A DNA stretch of 64,000 nt from positions 3,808,001-3,872,000 of the forward strand of contig OZ244653.1 of the NCBI GenBank assembly GCA_965218795.1, given 5' to 3'. The translations under genes were made by a program, and so were the position numbers. The notes beneath the pieces were generated by a model that ran no database searches, was not told the origin of the DNA, and saw only the letters and a list, made by a program, of their open reading frames with translations. Source of the DNA: a bacterium. GTDB lineage: Bacteria > UBA8248 > JACPRG01 > G963555815. Below are positions 9,457 through 19,778 of this stretch, in pieces; position 1 is the first letter of the stretch, and each line of letters opens with the position of its first letter.

Positions 9457-10404
9457 ATGACGGATTCCGGCATTGCGTTCCTGTTCCCCGGTCAGGGCTC
9501 CCAGAAGGTGGGAATGGGAAAAGACCTCTATGACCGATACCCCGCGGCTCGCTTGGTTTTCGAGCAGGCCAATGACACTCTCCGCATGGATTTGATGCGG
9601 TTATGCTTCGAGGGCCCCGCGGAAGATTTGCAGCTGACGACCAATACTCAGCCGGCCCTGATCGTCCACAGCTATGCGGCGTACCGTCTTCTAACGGCCC
9701 ATGGGATAGAGGCCGATATGGCATTGGGTCACAGCCTCGGGGAATACTCCGCTTTGCTGGCCGCGGGGGCCGTTGAATTCCCGGATGCCCTGGAATTGGT
9801 CCGCAAGCGGAGCGTTTATATGGCCGAGGCCGTTCCTCCCGGCAAGGGAGCGATGGCGGCCATCCTCGGGCTGAAGCGGGAAGCCGTGGACCAGATCTGC
9901 GAAAGGGACGGCGGCGAGGTGGTGGCGGCGAACTATAATTGTCCGACGCAGGTTGTGATCTCGGGGATCCGCGAAGCGGTGGAGCGCGTGGCCGACGCCT
10001 GCAAGGAATTAGGCGCCCGGAAGGCCATGTTCCTGCCCGTGAGTGCGCCCTTCCACTGTCCCCTGCTCCAGGATGCGGAAGACCGGTTGTCCCGGGATCT
10101 GGATGAGGTGGCTTTCAGCGATCTTCAATTCCCGGTCATTGACAACGTATCGGCTTCGGTGAATCTGACGGCCGATGACGCCAAGACCGCCCTCAAGCGC
10201 CAAGTGACCTCTCCAGTGAGATGGGAGGATAGCGTTACCAGGGCCGCGGAAGCCGGGGTGCAGACCTTTATCGAGGTCGGGCCGGGTAAGGTTCTCAGCG
10301 GACTGGTTTCTCGAATCGTTGATGGCGCAATGACTTTCCAGGTCGGGGATTTGGATGGCCTCGAGCGGACGTTGGAATCCCTGACAGCGGGTAAAATGGG
10401 CTAA
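9457..10404 (+). CDS. fabD: Malonyl-CoA:ACP transacylase
   Basis: FPGQGSQ, GHSLGEY, VSAPFH. Confidence 0.97.
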   Translation: MTDSGIAFLFPGQGSQKVGMGKDLYDRYPAARLVFEQANDTLRMDLMRLCFEGPAEDLQLTTNTQPALIVHSYAAYRLLTAHGIEADMALGHSLGEYSALLAAGAVEFPDALELVRKRSVYMAEAVPPGKGAMAAILGLKREAVDQICERDGGEVVAANYNCPTQVVISGIREAVERVADACKELGARKAMFLPVSAPFHCPLLQDAEDRLSRDLDEVAFSDLQFPVIDNVSASVNLTADDAKTALKRQVTSPVRWEDSVTRAAEAGVQTFIEVGPGKVLSGLVSRIVDGAMTFQVGDLDGLERTLESLTAGKMG

Positions 10405-10467
10405 GGCCGCCTCGCGCGGCTCGAGGGTTCACCGCCCAATGTCCTTCCGTGCGATGGAGAGACAAAG

Positions 10468-11208
10468 TTGCGGCTGAAAGGCCAGCGGGCTCTGGTCACA
10501 GGAGGGCTGAGGGGAATCGGGAGGGCGGTGGCCGAGGCGCTCGCCGAGAGCGGTGCGGATATCGCCTTCACGTATCATACTTCCACGGGGGTCGACGAAT
10601 GGGCGAGTCGTCTTGGATCCTTCGGGGGCCGGTCCATAGGAATGCAGATGGATGTGGCGAGTCCGCCGGATGTCGAGGCGGGAATCAAGCGGGTTTTGGA
10701 TGAATGGGACGGCCTTGAAATCCTCGTCAATAATTCCGGAATCACCCGGGACGGCCTTTTCGTTCGAATGAAGGATGACGATTGGGATGCAGTGCTCGAT
10801 ACGAACCTGGGAGGGACATTTCGGGTAACGAGAGCTGTAGCGCGTACGATGATGAAACAGAGATACGGGAGAATTGTGAACATCACTTCCGTTGTCGGAC
10901 AGATGGGGAACGCCGGCCAAGCGAATTATGCGTCCTCGAAGGCCGGGCAGATCGGGCTGACCAAGTCCCTGGCGCGGGAGCTGGCCCCGCGCAACATCAC
11001 GGTGAACGCCGTGGCCCCGGGTTTTGTGGATACCGATATGACCGCTGCACTGTCCGAAGAGCAGCGCGAAGAACTGCTTCAGGTGATTCCGTTGGGCCGG
11101 GTCGGACGCCCGGAGGAAATCGCCCGGTGTGTTCGATTTCTTGTCGACCCCGATATGGGGTATATTACGGGTCAAGTCGTACATGTGAACGGTGGGCTCT
11201 ATATGTAG
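10468..11208 (+). CDS. fabG: 3-oxoacyl-ACP reductase
   Basis: TGGLRGIG, NYASSKAG, VNAVAPG, VNGG. Confidence 0.96.
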   Translation: MRLKGQRALVTGGLRGIGRAVAEALAESGADIAFTYHTSTGVDEWASRLGSFGGRSIGMQMDVASPPDVEAGIKRVLDEWDGLEILVNNSGITRDGLFVRMKDDDWDAVLDTNLGGTFRVTRAVARTMMKQRYGRIVNITSVVGQMGNAGQANYASSKAGQIGLTKSLARELAPRNITVNAVAPGFVDTDMTAALSEEQREELLQVIPLGRVGRPEEIARCVRFLVDPDMGYITGQVVHVNGGLYM

Positions 11209-11255
11209 ACGACCGTGAACTTGATGCCGTATGAATGGATAGAGGAGGTTCTGGG

Positions 11256-11510
11256 GTGGCTCTACCGGAAGAGACTGTCGGCAAGATCAAATCCTTGATC
11301 GCGGAGCAACTCGGCGTAGATATTGAAAAGGTGACCGATGAAGCCTCTTTTGTAGAAGATATGGGTGCGGACTCCCTGGATACGGTCGAGCTGGTCATGG
11401 CGTTGGAGGAGGAATACGGGGTCGACATCCCGGATGAAGATGTTGAAAAAATAACGACCGTCAAGGATGTCATTGCGTATATCGACGATCATGGGATCGA
11501 AATCAAGTAA
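11256..11510 (+). CDS. acpP: Acyl carrier protein
   Basis: [17 protein letters not shown]; GTG start after GAGGAGG. Confidence 0.97.
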   Translation: MALPEETVGKIKSLIAEQLGVDIEKVTDEASFVEDMGADSLDTVELVMALEEEYGVDIPDEDVEKITTVKDVIAYIDDHGIEIK

Positions 11511-11788
11511 CTTCGACTGGCGGATAACGAATTCCATCATCCGGGTTCGAATTCAATTCGATTAATATCCGGCACGGATGAGCGAATCGAGCGGCAGATT
11601 CAAGTAACGGAGCACTTTGCTCGGTTGGCGCTTCACAAATCCCAGACATTTCTTTCGATATCTTCCTTCCCATTGGGATCCGGCTGTTGGCTTCAACCAT
11701 TCGGCCGAGAGAGAGGATGAAAGAAGCACTCCCGGGGAAACTGAATTCAAATCAGGGTCACGCAGGAATGAGGGACTGAAAAACCGTC

Positions 11789-13042
11789 ATGAAGAATGGA
11801 AGGAAAGTGGTCATCACGGGCATGGGCCTGGTCACACCCTTGGGAAACAACCTGGAGACGACTTGGTCCGAGTTGGTCGCGGGAAAATCGGGGATTGGCG
11901 AGATTACCTATTTCGACACGTCCGAGTATAACTGTCACGTCGCAGGGCAGGTGCGCGATTTCGACGCGTCGAAGTATATGGAAAAGAAAGAAATCAAGCG
12001 GGTCGATCAGTTCGTCCACTTCGCCCTGGCCGCCGCACAAGAGGCGATGGAGGATTCGGGTCTCGATATTGAAGGGTCGGATCCGGACGAAGTCGGAGTT
12101 CTGGTCGGCGCCGGCCTCGGCGGACTGCCCATGTTGGAACAAATTCACGACGTTTTGCGGGAAAAGGGCCCCAGCCGAATCACCCCATTTTTTATTCCCG
12201 GCCTCATTGCCAATATGTCTTCAGGGATGATCTCCATGAAATACAACGCCCGTGGGCCCAATGCCTGCGTTTGCACGGCCTGCGCCACGGGAAATCACTG
12301 CATCGGAGATGCCGCGCGTCTCATCGAGCGGGGCGACGCGGTCGCCATGATCGCGGGAAGCACGGAATCGGTCATCTCTCCGCTCGCGGTGGGCGGGTTC
12401 GGCGCGATGCGCGCGCTCTCTACACACAACGACCCGCCGGAGAAAGCCTCCCGGCCGTTCGACGCATCCCGCAACGGCTTTGTCATCGGCGAAGGGGCGG
12501 GCGTGGTGATCCTTGAAGAGATCGAATTTGCGAAGGAGCGCGGGGCCCGAATTTATGGAGAGATCCTCGGCTACGGCATGACCGGAGACGCCCACCACAT
12601 GACCGCACCCGACCCCAACGGGGACGGGCCCGCGCGATGCATGGAGCGAACGCTCAAGGACGCGGGCATAAAACCTGAGGAGGTGGACTATATCAACGCC
12701 CATGGCACCGGGACTCCGCAGGGAGACATCAATGAAACCAACGCTATCAAGCGGGTTTTCGGCGACCACGCCTACAAGATCCCAATCAGTTCAACCAAGT
12801 CGATGACCGGTCACCTGTTGGGGGGCGCCGGTGGGGTAGAGACGATTTTTTCGGTCCTGTCGATGAACCGGGGCGTCGCTCCGCCGACCATCAACCTGGA
12901 AGATCCGGACCCCGAATGCGACCTCGATTACGTCCCGAATGAAGCCCGCGGAATCGAGGCCAAGATCGCCTTGACGAATTCCTTCGGGTTTGGCGGCACC
13001 AACTCGACCCTCATCCTGCGGGACGGTCTTGATGGCCTTTGA
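11789..13042 (+). CDS. fabF: 3-oxoacyl-ACP synthase II
   Basis: TACATG, NAHGTGT, GHLLG, NSFGFGG. Confidence 0.97.
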   Translation: MKNGRKVVITGMGLVTPLGNNLETTWSELVAGKSGIGEITYFDTSEYNCHVAGQVRDFDASKYMEKKEIKRVDQFVHFALAAAQEAMEDSGLDIEGSDPDEVGVLVGAGLGGLPMLEQIHDVLREKGPSRITPFFIPGLIANMSSGMISMKYNARGPNACVCTACATGNHCIGDAARLIERGDAVAMIAGSTESVISPLAVGGFGAMRALSTHNDPPEKASRPFDASRNGFVIGEGAGVVILEEIEFAKERGARIYGEILGYGMTGDAHHMTAPDPNGDGPARCMERTLKDAGIKPEEVDYINAHGTGTPQGDINETNAIKRVFGDHAYKIPISSTKSMTGHLLGGAGGVETIFSVLSMNRGVAPPTINLEDPDPECDLDYVPNEARGIEAKIALTNSFGFGGTNSTLILRDGLDGL

Positions 13043-13760
13043 TTCACGATGTTCCTCCGAGCATCTGGAGCAGTTATCCGTTTTGCAAAGACGCTTGGGA
13101 TATTCCTTCCGGAACATTGAACTACTCGATACCGCGCTCACCCACCGCTCCTACGCCAACGAAGGGCCGCGCAGGTCGCCCCACAACGAACGTCTCGAAT
13201 TTTTGGGCGATGCCGTTCTGGGCTTGGCGCTCAGCGAGCAGTACTACCGGGAGCTGCCCGAGGCGAACGAGGGCGAGTTGTCCAAAATCCGGTCCCGGTT
13301 GGTCAGCGCCAGCCACTTGGCGAAGATGGCGCGGATTCTGGAACTGGGGGCCTACCTTCATTTAGGAAAAGGAGAGGTCTCGACGGGGGGGCGTCACAAG
13401 GCCTCGTTGCTGGCCAATGCCTTCGAAGCCCTTATGGGGGCCATCTTCCTGGATGGGGGCTACGCGGCCGCCTCAACATACATACAGAAGCTCTTTGCCC
13501 GCGAGATGGATCCCTACTTGGATTTCAAGAGCCAGTTCCAGGAATTCGTTCAACGGACGAAAAAACAGATCCCTTCCTATCAGGTCATCCGGGAAGACGG
13601 CCCTGAACACCAGAAGATTTTTGAAGTGGCTGTTTCAATCCAAGGGAGCGAAGTGGCCACCGGGGTCGGCACGAGTAAGAAAAACGCCGAACAGCAGGCT
13701 GCCAAGAATGGACTGGCAGCTGCTCAACCCTCCTGGGACAGTCAAGAAGTCGAAGAGTAA
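13032..13760 (+). CDS. rnc: Ribonuclease III
   Basis: NERLEFLGDAVL signature plus C-terminal dsRBD. Confidence 0.96.
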   Translation: MAFDSRCSSEHLEQLSVLQRRLGYSFRNIELLDTALTHRSYANEGPRRSPHNERLEFLGDAVLGLALSEQYYRELPEANEGELSKIRSRLVSASHLAKMARILELGAYLHLGKGEVSTGGRHKASLLANAFEALMGAIFLDGGYAAASTYIQKLFAREMDPYLDFKSQFQEFVQRTKKQIPSYQVIREDGPEHQKIFEVAVSIQGSEVATGVGTSKKNAEQQAAKNGLAAAQPSWDSQEVEE

Positions 13761-13996
13761 TCCGGTTCAAATTTGAAGTTGAGCGGGAGTCGGCTGGATA
13801 TCTGATTCGGGCGAACCCTGATTTCCCCTATCAATCCCACTTTCTGACCAACGCCTTGTACCGCCCCCCTTCTTATCGGAAAGTCCCCCATTCCTGCCGC
13901 TGAACGTTTCCATCAGGCAATCGACCTGGTGGTTCAGGCGGGAGGACGGGCGATTGACCGCTCGGACTGTATGCAGATCACGCAAAGTGCAAAAAA

Positions 13997-14043
13997 CCGC
14001 AAGATATGGGGGAAATGTTAGGTTTTTTCTACAATTTGTTGTA
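13997..14043. promoter_or_regulatory. Tandem NrdR-box-like operators upstream of smc
   Basis: CCGCAAGATATGGGG (13997-14011) and CTACAATTTGTTGTA (14029-14043), 32 bp start-to-start; resemble the acaCwAtATaTwGtg consensus. Confidence 0.65.
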
Positions 14044-14117
14044 TTTAACCTTTTCATTTATTTTGCTGATCGATAGAATGCAGACAGGTTTGTTTATTGA
14101 GAACGAGTGGAGGCACT

Positions 14118-17100
14118 ATGCGCATTACGCGTCTTGATCTCCAGGGATTCAAATCATTCGTAGAACGCACGCATCTGGAATTCGGAGCGGGCGTAGCCGG
14201 AATCGTCGGACCCAACGGGTGCGGCAAGAGCAATGTAGTCGATGCGATCCGCTGGGTCTTGGGCGAGCAACACCCGAAAACCCTCCGTGGAAAGCGCATG
14301 GAGGACATGGTCTTCAACGGCAGCGACGGCCGCCGTCCCGCCGCCATGGCCGAAGTCACCATGATACTCTCCGATGTCGATGATCGCCTCTCCGAGCAGT
14401 GGGCGGTCGGGGATGAGGTCCAGGTCACCCGCCGGCTGTACCGATCCGGTGACAGCGAATATCTCATCAACCAGAAGGTGTGCCGCCTTCGTGACATTGT
14501 GGATCTATTCCTGGATACGGGTTTGAACACCCACTCCTTTTCCATTGTTGAACAGGGACGCATTGAATCCTTGCTGACGGCCCGGATCGAGGACCGCCGC
14601 GAAGTGATTGAAGAAGCCGCGGGCATCATGAAGTACAAAACCCGGCGCAATGAGGCTCTTCGGAAGCTGCAATCCGCCAAGGATAATCTCGACCGAATCA
14701 ACGATATTGTCGTGGAGGTGGAGCGGCAAACCCGGTCCCTGGAACGCCAGGCCAAACGCGCTGCCCAGTACAAAGAAATTCAGGAACGGCTTCGCGAAGC
14801 CGACGGCCGACTCCTGCGAGCGGATTATGCCGCCCTGGAGGCGAAAATCGACCCCCGGCAGCAGGGCTACGACGACAAGAAGCGAGAAGAGGGCGAGCTT
14901 CGGTCCGAGTGGTCCGCTGCGGATGGAAAGGTGGAAGAACGGCGGCAGAAAATGGCCCAGCGCGAAGAGGCGCTCAACCGCCTTCTTGTCCAGCTTCGGG
15001 ATGCGGATGCCGAAGCCCAGCGCCTGGAAACCCGGATCGAGCTGTATCGGGACCAGGACAGAGCCTTGGAAGCGACCGCTGAGGGCCGGGAAGAAGAATG
15101 GAAGACCCTTGACGCTGAGCTTACGGCGACGTCCGAAACGCTCAGCCGCGTCCGGAATGAATTCGAGACCCACAGCAACCGGGTTCAGGAAGCCGAGCTG
15201 GTTCTTTCGGCGCGGCAGCGTGAGGTGGAAGAGGCCCGAGCTCGGCTGGCCGAGCAGGAAGAGGCCGTGGAGGGGGAAAGGGCACGCGTCCAGGAGCTGA
15301 CGGGTCGTTTCACCCGGACGGAGAATCAGAATCAGCTATTCCAGAGCCAGCTCGAATCTCTCAGGGAAAAGAAATCCCAAATGGAGGACGCCCGCCGGCG
15401 GGATATGAACCGAAGGCAGGAGGCTCATGAGACCCTGCATCAGGGTATAGCCCGCCGGGAGCGAATCACCGCCGATCTGGGTGATCTCCGCCGGGGGGAA
15501 TCCGCCGCCAAGGAAGAGTTGCAGAGGGCAACGGAATCCCTCACGACAACGGAAAATTCCCTCTACCTCCTGCGCGAGGAGCTGGCGGCCAAGTCTTCCT
15601 CGTTGACCGCCACTGAGAGCATGGCGAATTCCTTTGACGACGCGGGGTGGGCCGAGCTGAGCGGACCGAAGGCCGCGGAGGCGGGTGTGGGCGGAGTCAT
15701 CGGCCCGCTGACGGATTTGCTGGAGATCCAGCCTGGTTACGAAAAAGCGATAGAAGCGGTCCTGGGCAATCGTTTGCGCGCCACGATTGTGGAGGGGTTG
15801 GCGGAGGCCAAGTCAGCCCTTGAGTTTTTGAAGCGATCCATATCCGGACGCAGCACCTTGATCCCGAAGAATCTGCGGCGGGTGTCCGCCTCCGTAAAAC
15901 TGGATCCGATGCGGTTGGTCACCGGGGACGAGTCGTCCGGGGGTTCGATGAGTCTGAATTCCGGAGTTCTCGGGTCTGCGGCGGACTTCGTTCGTATGCC
16001 CGCCGGGTATGCAGGACTTCTGGATGGCTTGCTCGGAGATGTGCGAATTGTCAGGGATTTTGGATCGGCCGTATCCATCTGGAGGCAGGGAGGCAATCAC
16101 GGAATCCTCGCCACACTGGAAGGAGACGTCGTCTATCCGACCGGAATCGTGCTTGGCGGGTCGGACGGAGATGGGATTCTTCAGACGCGAAAGCGCATCG
16201 AAGTCCTCCGGGAAGAAGCCGAGGAACTGAAGAGAAAGGTTGGAAGGGCCGAAGACGCGAGAGCGTCGGCGAAGGGACGCTGTGCCGAGCGGCAGGAGGC
16301 AATGGAGGAGGCCGGCCGGGCGGTCCGGGAGACTGAAGCGGCTCTGGCCGAAATCGATCGGGAGACCGACAAGCTGACGGCTTCTATGAATCACTTGGAT
16401 GAGATTTTGGAGGAGTCCTCCCGGGAGTTCGGCCGCATGGCCCAGGAGGAGCGCTCCCTGGGCGCAAGAATGCAGGAAGCGCAGGAGGTTCTCGATAAGA
16501 TCGAGGTCGAGACGGCTGAGTCCGAGGGACGGGTCGAGCGGAACGCCAAGGCATTGGCCGATGGCCGGGGACGCATCGAGGAAGCCGTCGAGGCCGTCTC
16601 CGCACAGCGGGTCGAGCTGGCCGAACAAAAGGCCCGGGCGGAGAACATAGAGGCCGATCTCAGGCGGGGCGGGGAACGGGCTTCAGAGATTCGAAATCGG
16701 ATGGACCGAATGGCCTCGGATGCGGAAACCGACCGGAATAAGCGGGAGGAGCTGAAGAAGGCCGATGAAGAAGCCCGCAACCGCATCCGGTTCCTTCACG
16801 ATCAGCGTGAGGAATGGCGGGTCGAGGCCAAGGATTGCGAGGATGCCATTGCCCTTGATCGAGACTACGTCCGGGAGGTCCAGGAACGCGCCCGAAGCCT
16901 CAAGGACCGGGTGACCGCTCTCGCCGAAGAACTGGACGAGATTTTCACCGGGCTTTCCGCTCTCAAGGTCGAGCGGGATCTACTCTGCCAGCGCGCCCAG
17001 CTGACGTACGGCGTCGATTTGACCGCCGCCCCCGTCCGTCCGGAAGATTCAGAGATCTCACAGGAAGAGCGGGAAACCCTTCGAGAGGAATCGGTTGCGT

Positions 17101-18020
17101 TGCAGGACCGGCTGGGTCGGATGGGCGAGGTCAATATGGGCGCTCTCAGCGAGTTTGAGCAGTTGAACGAGCGGTATCAGTTCTTGAAGAGTCAGCAGGA
17201 AGATCTGGTGCAATCCATTCAGACCCTCCATGACACGATCGATCGGATCAACCGAACCACCCGCAGGCGCTTCAAGACCGCCTTCGATTCCATCAACGAA
17301 ACGTTCTCGGAAGTCTTCCGCCGTCTGTTTGGAGGAGGACGCGCATCGCTGATCCTCACGGATGAGAGCAATCTGCTGGAGACCGGCGTGGACATCGTGG
17401 TCCAGCCGCCGGGCAAAAAGCTCGGCAATATCCTGCTGCTCTCCGCGGGTGAGAAGGCGCTGACGGCCATCTCGCTTCTCTTTGCCATCTTCCGGTATAA
17501 CCCGAGCCCCTTTTGCCTGTTGGACGAGGTGGACGCCACCCTGGACGATCATAACGTCGCGCGCTTCATTGACATCCTGCGGGAGCTTTCGCTCAAGACC
17601 CAGTTCATCGTTATCACGCATAACAAACGGACCATGTCGTTTGCGGATGTGCTGTATGGCGTGACCATGGCCGAGAAGGGCGCGTCGAACGTGGTGTCCG
17701 TCGACCTGCACCAGATCAGCCCGGCGTCCGGGGAAGCGGCCAAGACCCGCGAATCCAGACGGGAAGAATCCCTCCCCGAGGTGAAGGATTTGGAGCTCGA
17801 AGAAGACCGGTGGGGGGACATCGAGCCAATTGAGGAGTCGGAAGCGGAAGATCTGCGCCCCCTGTCCAAAGCCAATGGACAGAACGGCTCCGCGCAGAAA
17901 GCGGAAAAAACCAATGGCGGGCCGGTCCATTTGGACGATGAGCGGGAGATTTCCGCCGAGGAGGGGACGGAAGACGCCGAATCCGTTCCGGAGGAATCGA
18001 TTCTGCCCCCATCGAGTTGA
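14118..18020 (+). CDS. smc: Chromosome segregation protein SMC
   Basis: GFKSF, GPNGCGKSN, coiled coils with hinge, LSAGE, LDEVDA, ITHNK. Confidence 0.97.
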   Translation: MRITRLDLQGFKSFVERTHLEFGAGVAGIVGPNGCGKSNVVDAIRWVLGEQHPKTLRGKRMEDMVFNGSDGRRPAAMAEVTMILSDVDDRLSEQWAVGDEVQVTRRLYRSGDSEYLINQKVCRLRDIVDLFLDTGLNTHSFSIVEQGRIESLLTARIEDRREVIEEAAGIMKYKTRRNEALRKLQSAKDNLDRINDIVVEVERQTRSLERQAKRAAQYKEIQERLREADGRLLRADYAALEAKIDPRQQGYDDKKREEGELRSEWSAADGKVEERRQKMAQREEALNRLLVQLRDADAEAQRLETRIELYRDQDRALEATAEGREEEWKTLDAELTATSETLSRVRNEFETHSNRVQEAELVLSARQREVEEARARLAEQEEAVEGERARVQELTGRFTRTENQNQLFQSQLESLREKKSQMEDARRRDMNRRQEAHETLHQGIARRERITADLGDLRRGESAAKEELQRATESLTTTENSLYLLREELAAKSSSLTATESMANSFDDAGWAELSGPKAAEAGVGGVIGPLTDLLEIQPGYEKAIEAVLGNRLRATIVEGLAEAKSALEFLKRSISGRSTLIPKNLRRVSASVKLDPMRLVTGDESSGGSMSLNSGVLGSAADFVRMPAGYAGLLDGLLGDVRIVRDFGSAVSIWRQGGNHGILATLEGDVVYPTGIVLGGSDGDGILQTRKRIEVLREEAEELKRKVGRAEDARASAKGRCAERQEAMEEAGRAVRETEAALAEIDRETDKLTASMNHLDEILEESSREFGRMAQEERSLGARMQEAQEVLDKIEVETAESEGRVERNAKALADGRGRIEEAVEAVSAQRVELAEQKARAENIEADLRRGGERASEIRNRMDRMASDAETDRNKREELKKADEEARNRIRFLHDQREEWRVEAKDCEDAIALDRDYVREVQERARSLKDRVTALAEELDEIFTGLSALKVERDLLCQRAQLTYGVDLTAAPVRPEDSEISQEERETLREESVALQDRLGRMGEVNMGALSEFEQLNERYQFLKSQQEDLVQSIQTLHDTIDRINRTTRRRFKTAFDSINETFSEVFRRLFGGGRASLILTDESNLLETGVDIVVQPPGKKLGNILLLSAGEKALTAISLLFAIFRYNPSPFCLLDEVDATLDDHNVARFIDILRELSLKTQFIVITHNKRTMSFADVLYGVTMAEKGASNVVSVDLHQISPASGEAAKTRESRREESLPEVKDLELEEDRWGDIEPIEESEAEDLRPLSKANGQNGSAQKAEKTNGGPVHLDDEREISAEEGTEDAESVPEESILPPSS

Positions 18021-18125
18021 TCGGGCTTTGAAATTTTCGGATGACTCTCCACGGTTGATGATTCACCCGCCTGCCTGAAATCTGAATATTTTCGTTGCGA
18101 GGCGACGAGTAGAAAGGATTGCCCG

Positions 18126-19070
18126 GTGACGGACGATTCGCCCACACGGGGATTATTCGGTCTGTTTAGCCGAGGACTGGCGAAGGCCCGGAAGAGCCTG
18201 CTGGAACCGCTCGCCCGGATCATGACAGGCCGCCGGCGCGTGGACGCATCGTTGCTCGAAGAGTTGGAAGAGCTTCTCATCGGGGCCGACCTGGGGCTTT
18301 CCTTGACGATGGCTCTGCTCAGCAGAATCGAAGAGGCCCACAGGGCCGGGGAGCTCCGCGAGCCCGGAGAAGTCCGGGACTTTCTCCGCCAGGCCCTCCA
18401 AGTGACCCTCCTCCAATCGAGTTCCACAAGCGTTGAGAGGGTGGAAGGATCGGATGGGCCCTGGGTCATCCTGGTGGTCGGCGTCAATGGAACGGGAAAA
18501 ACCACAAGCATCGGCAAGCTGGCCCACCGGTATCAATCCGATGGTCGGAAGGTTCTTCTGGCCGCGGGGGATACGTTTCGGGCCGCTGCGGTGGAGCAAC
18601 TCGATATCTGGCGGGAGCGGGCGGGGGTCGAGATTGTGAAGGGCGCCGAAGGTGCGGACCCGTCGGCTGTCATCTACGATGCCGCGGAGGCCGCGATCGC
18701 CCGGGGTGTCGATGTCTTGATCGCGGATACGGCGGGCCGCCTCCATACCCGCCGGAACCTGATGGATGAGTTGAAAAAGGTGCGGCGAACGGTCGGCCGC
18801 GTGATCGAGGGCGCCCCCCACGAGGTGCTTCTGGTCCTGGACGCCACGACCGGTCAGAACGCCATCCCGCAGGCAAGAGAATTCCTCGAAGGGGTCGGCG
18901 TCACCGGTTTGATCCTGACCAAACTGGACGGAACGTCCAAGGGCGGAATCGTCATCAGCATCGCGGAGGAACTGGGCATTTCCGTTCGGTACGTGGGACT
19001 GGGCGAAGGAATGGAAGACCTTCAACCCTTCGATCCGGAGGTTTACATCCAGGCGTTGTTTGAGGAATGA
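18126..19070 (+). CDS. ftsY: SRP receptor FtsY (short NG type)
   Basis: [26 protein letters not shown]. Confidence 0.97.
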   Translation: MTDDSPTRGLFGLFSRGLAKARKSLLEPLARIMTGRRRVDASLLEELEELLIGADLGLSLTMALLSRIEEAHRAGELREPGEVRDFLRQALQVTLLQSSSTSVERVEGSDGPWVILVVGVNGTGKTTSIGKLAHRYQSDGRKVLLAAGDTFRAAAVEQLDIWRERAGVEIVKGAEGADPSAVIYDAAEAAIARGVDVLIADTAGRLHTRRNLMDELKKVRRTVGRVIEGAPHEVLLVLDATTGQNAIPQAREFLEGVGVTGLILTKLDGTSKGGIVISIAEELGISVRYVGLGEGMEDLQPFDPEVYIQALFEE

Positions 19071-19166
19071 GTCATTGGTACACCTGGGAAAAAAGGGGGA
19101 CATCGGATCGGCGTCCCCCCATTTGTTTAAATCTTGGAAATCGGCCGGACCCTCCCTCCCGCAACA

Positions 19167-19498
19167 CTATTTCATGGCCTTTGCCAAAATCTCCGCCGCC
19201 TCCGCATACCCCTTGGCGGACCTCGCCTTCGCAATCGCCCTCGCATGATCGAATGCGCCTTGAGGCTTTTCGTGATTGTGAATTCCGCTATGAAGCAGCA
19301 TCTTCGCGTCATCGATGAGTGTATGGACCAGTTGTTTGTTTCCCCCCGCCTGCATTTGTTTCATGACCGCTTCGGCCTTGGAGAGAGCCGCCTTCGCCGC
19401 GTTGAAGCTGTTGTTGCAATCCAGGGCGCGCGGGCCGTGGATGCGAGCGCGAACGTTAATGAGATTGCCGCCAAAACCATCGGGATTCTGAGCTTCAT
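19167..19498 (-). pseudogene. Frameshifted small secreted His-rich helical protein
   Basis: AAGGAGG RBS, ATG 19498, signal peptide MKLRIPMVLAAISLTFALASTARA; mature part (LDCNNSF...AKAMK) is in another frame, shift at the CG repeat near 19426-19433. Confidence 0.7.
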
Positions 19499-19544
19499 CG
19501 TGTCCTCCTTTACGCGATGTTTTAAGCATTCTCGCTCTCTATTG

Positions 19545-19575
19545 ATTGTACACCCCTTCTGATGAGTATTACAAT
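19545..19575. promoter_or_regulatory. ATTGTA-N19-TACAAT inverted repeat / probable promoter in divergent spacer
   Basis: Minus strand reads TTGTAA-N18-TACAAT toward the 19498 start. Confidence 0.4.
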
Positions 19576-19778
19576 TACGGAACGATTCCCTTACAGTGCA
19601 ACGGCTGCAAGGAGAGTCGAAGGGGGGGTTCCCCTGCTTGTCCCTGGAGCTGAAAATCGCGGGAGATGATGATCTGTCAAGGCATACGAAGGATTTCGCA
19701 TTCCGGCTGGCGCTCTTGTTTCTGACGGGAAGTTCGCGGAGCACGGCTGGACTTCCCGGGTAAGCGAAGGAGAAAGAT

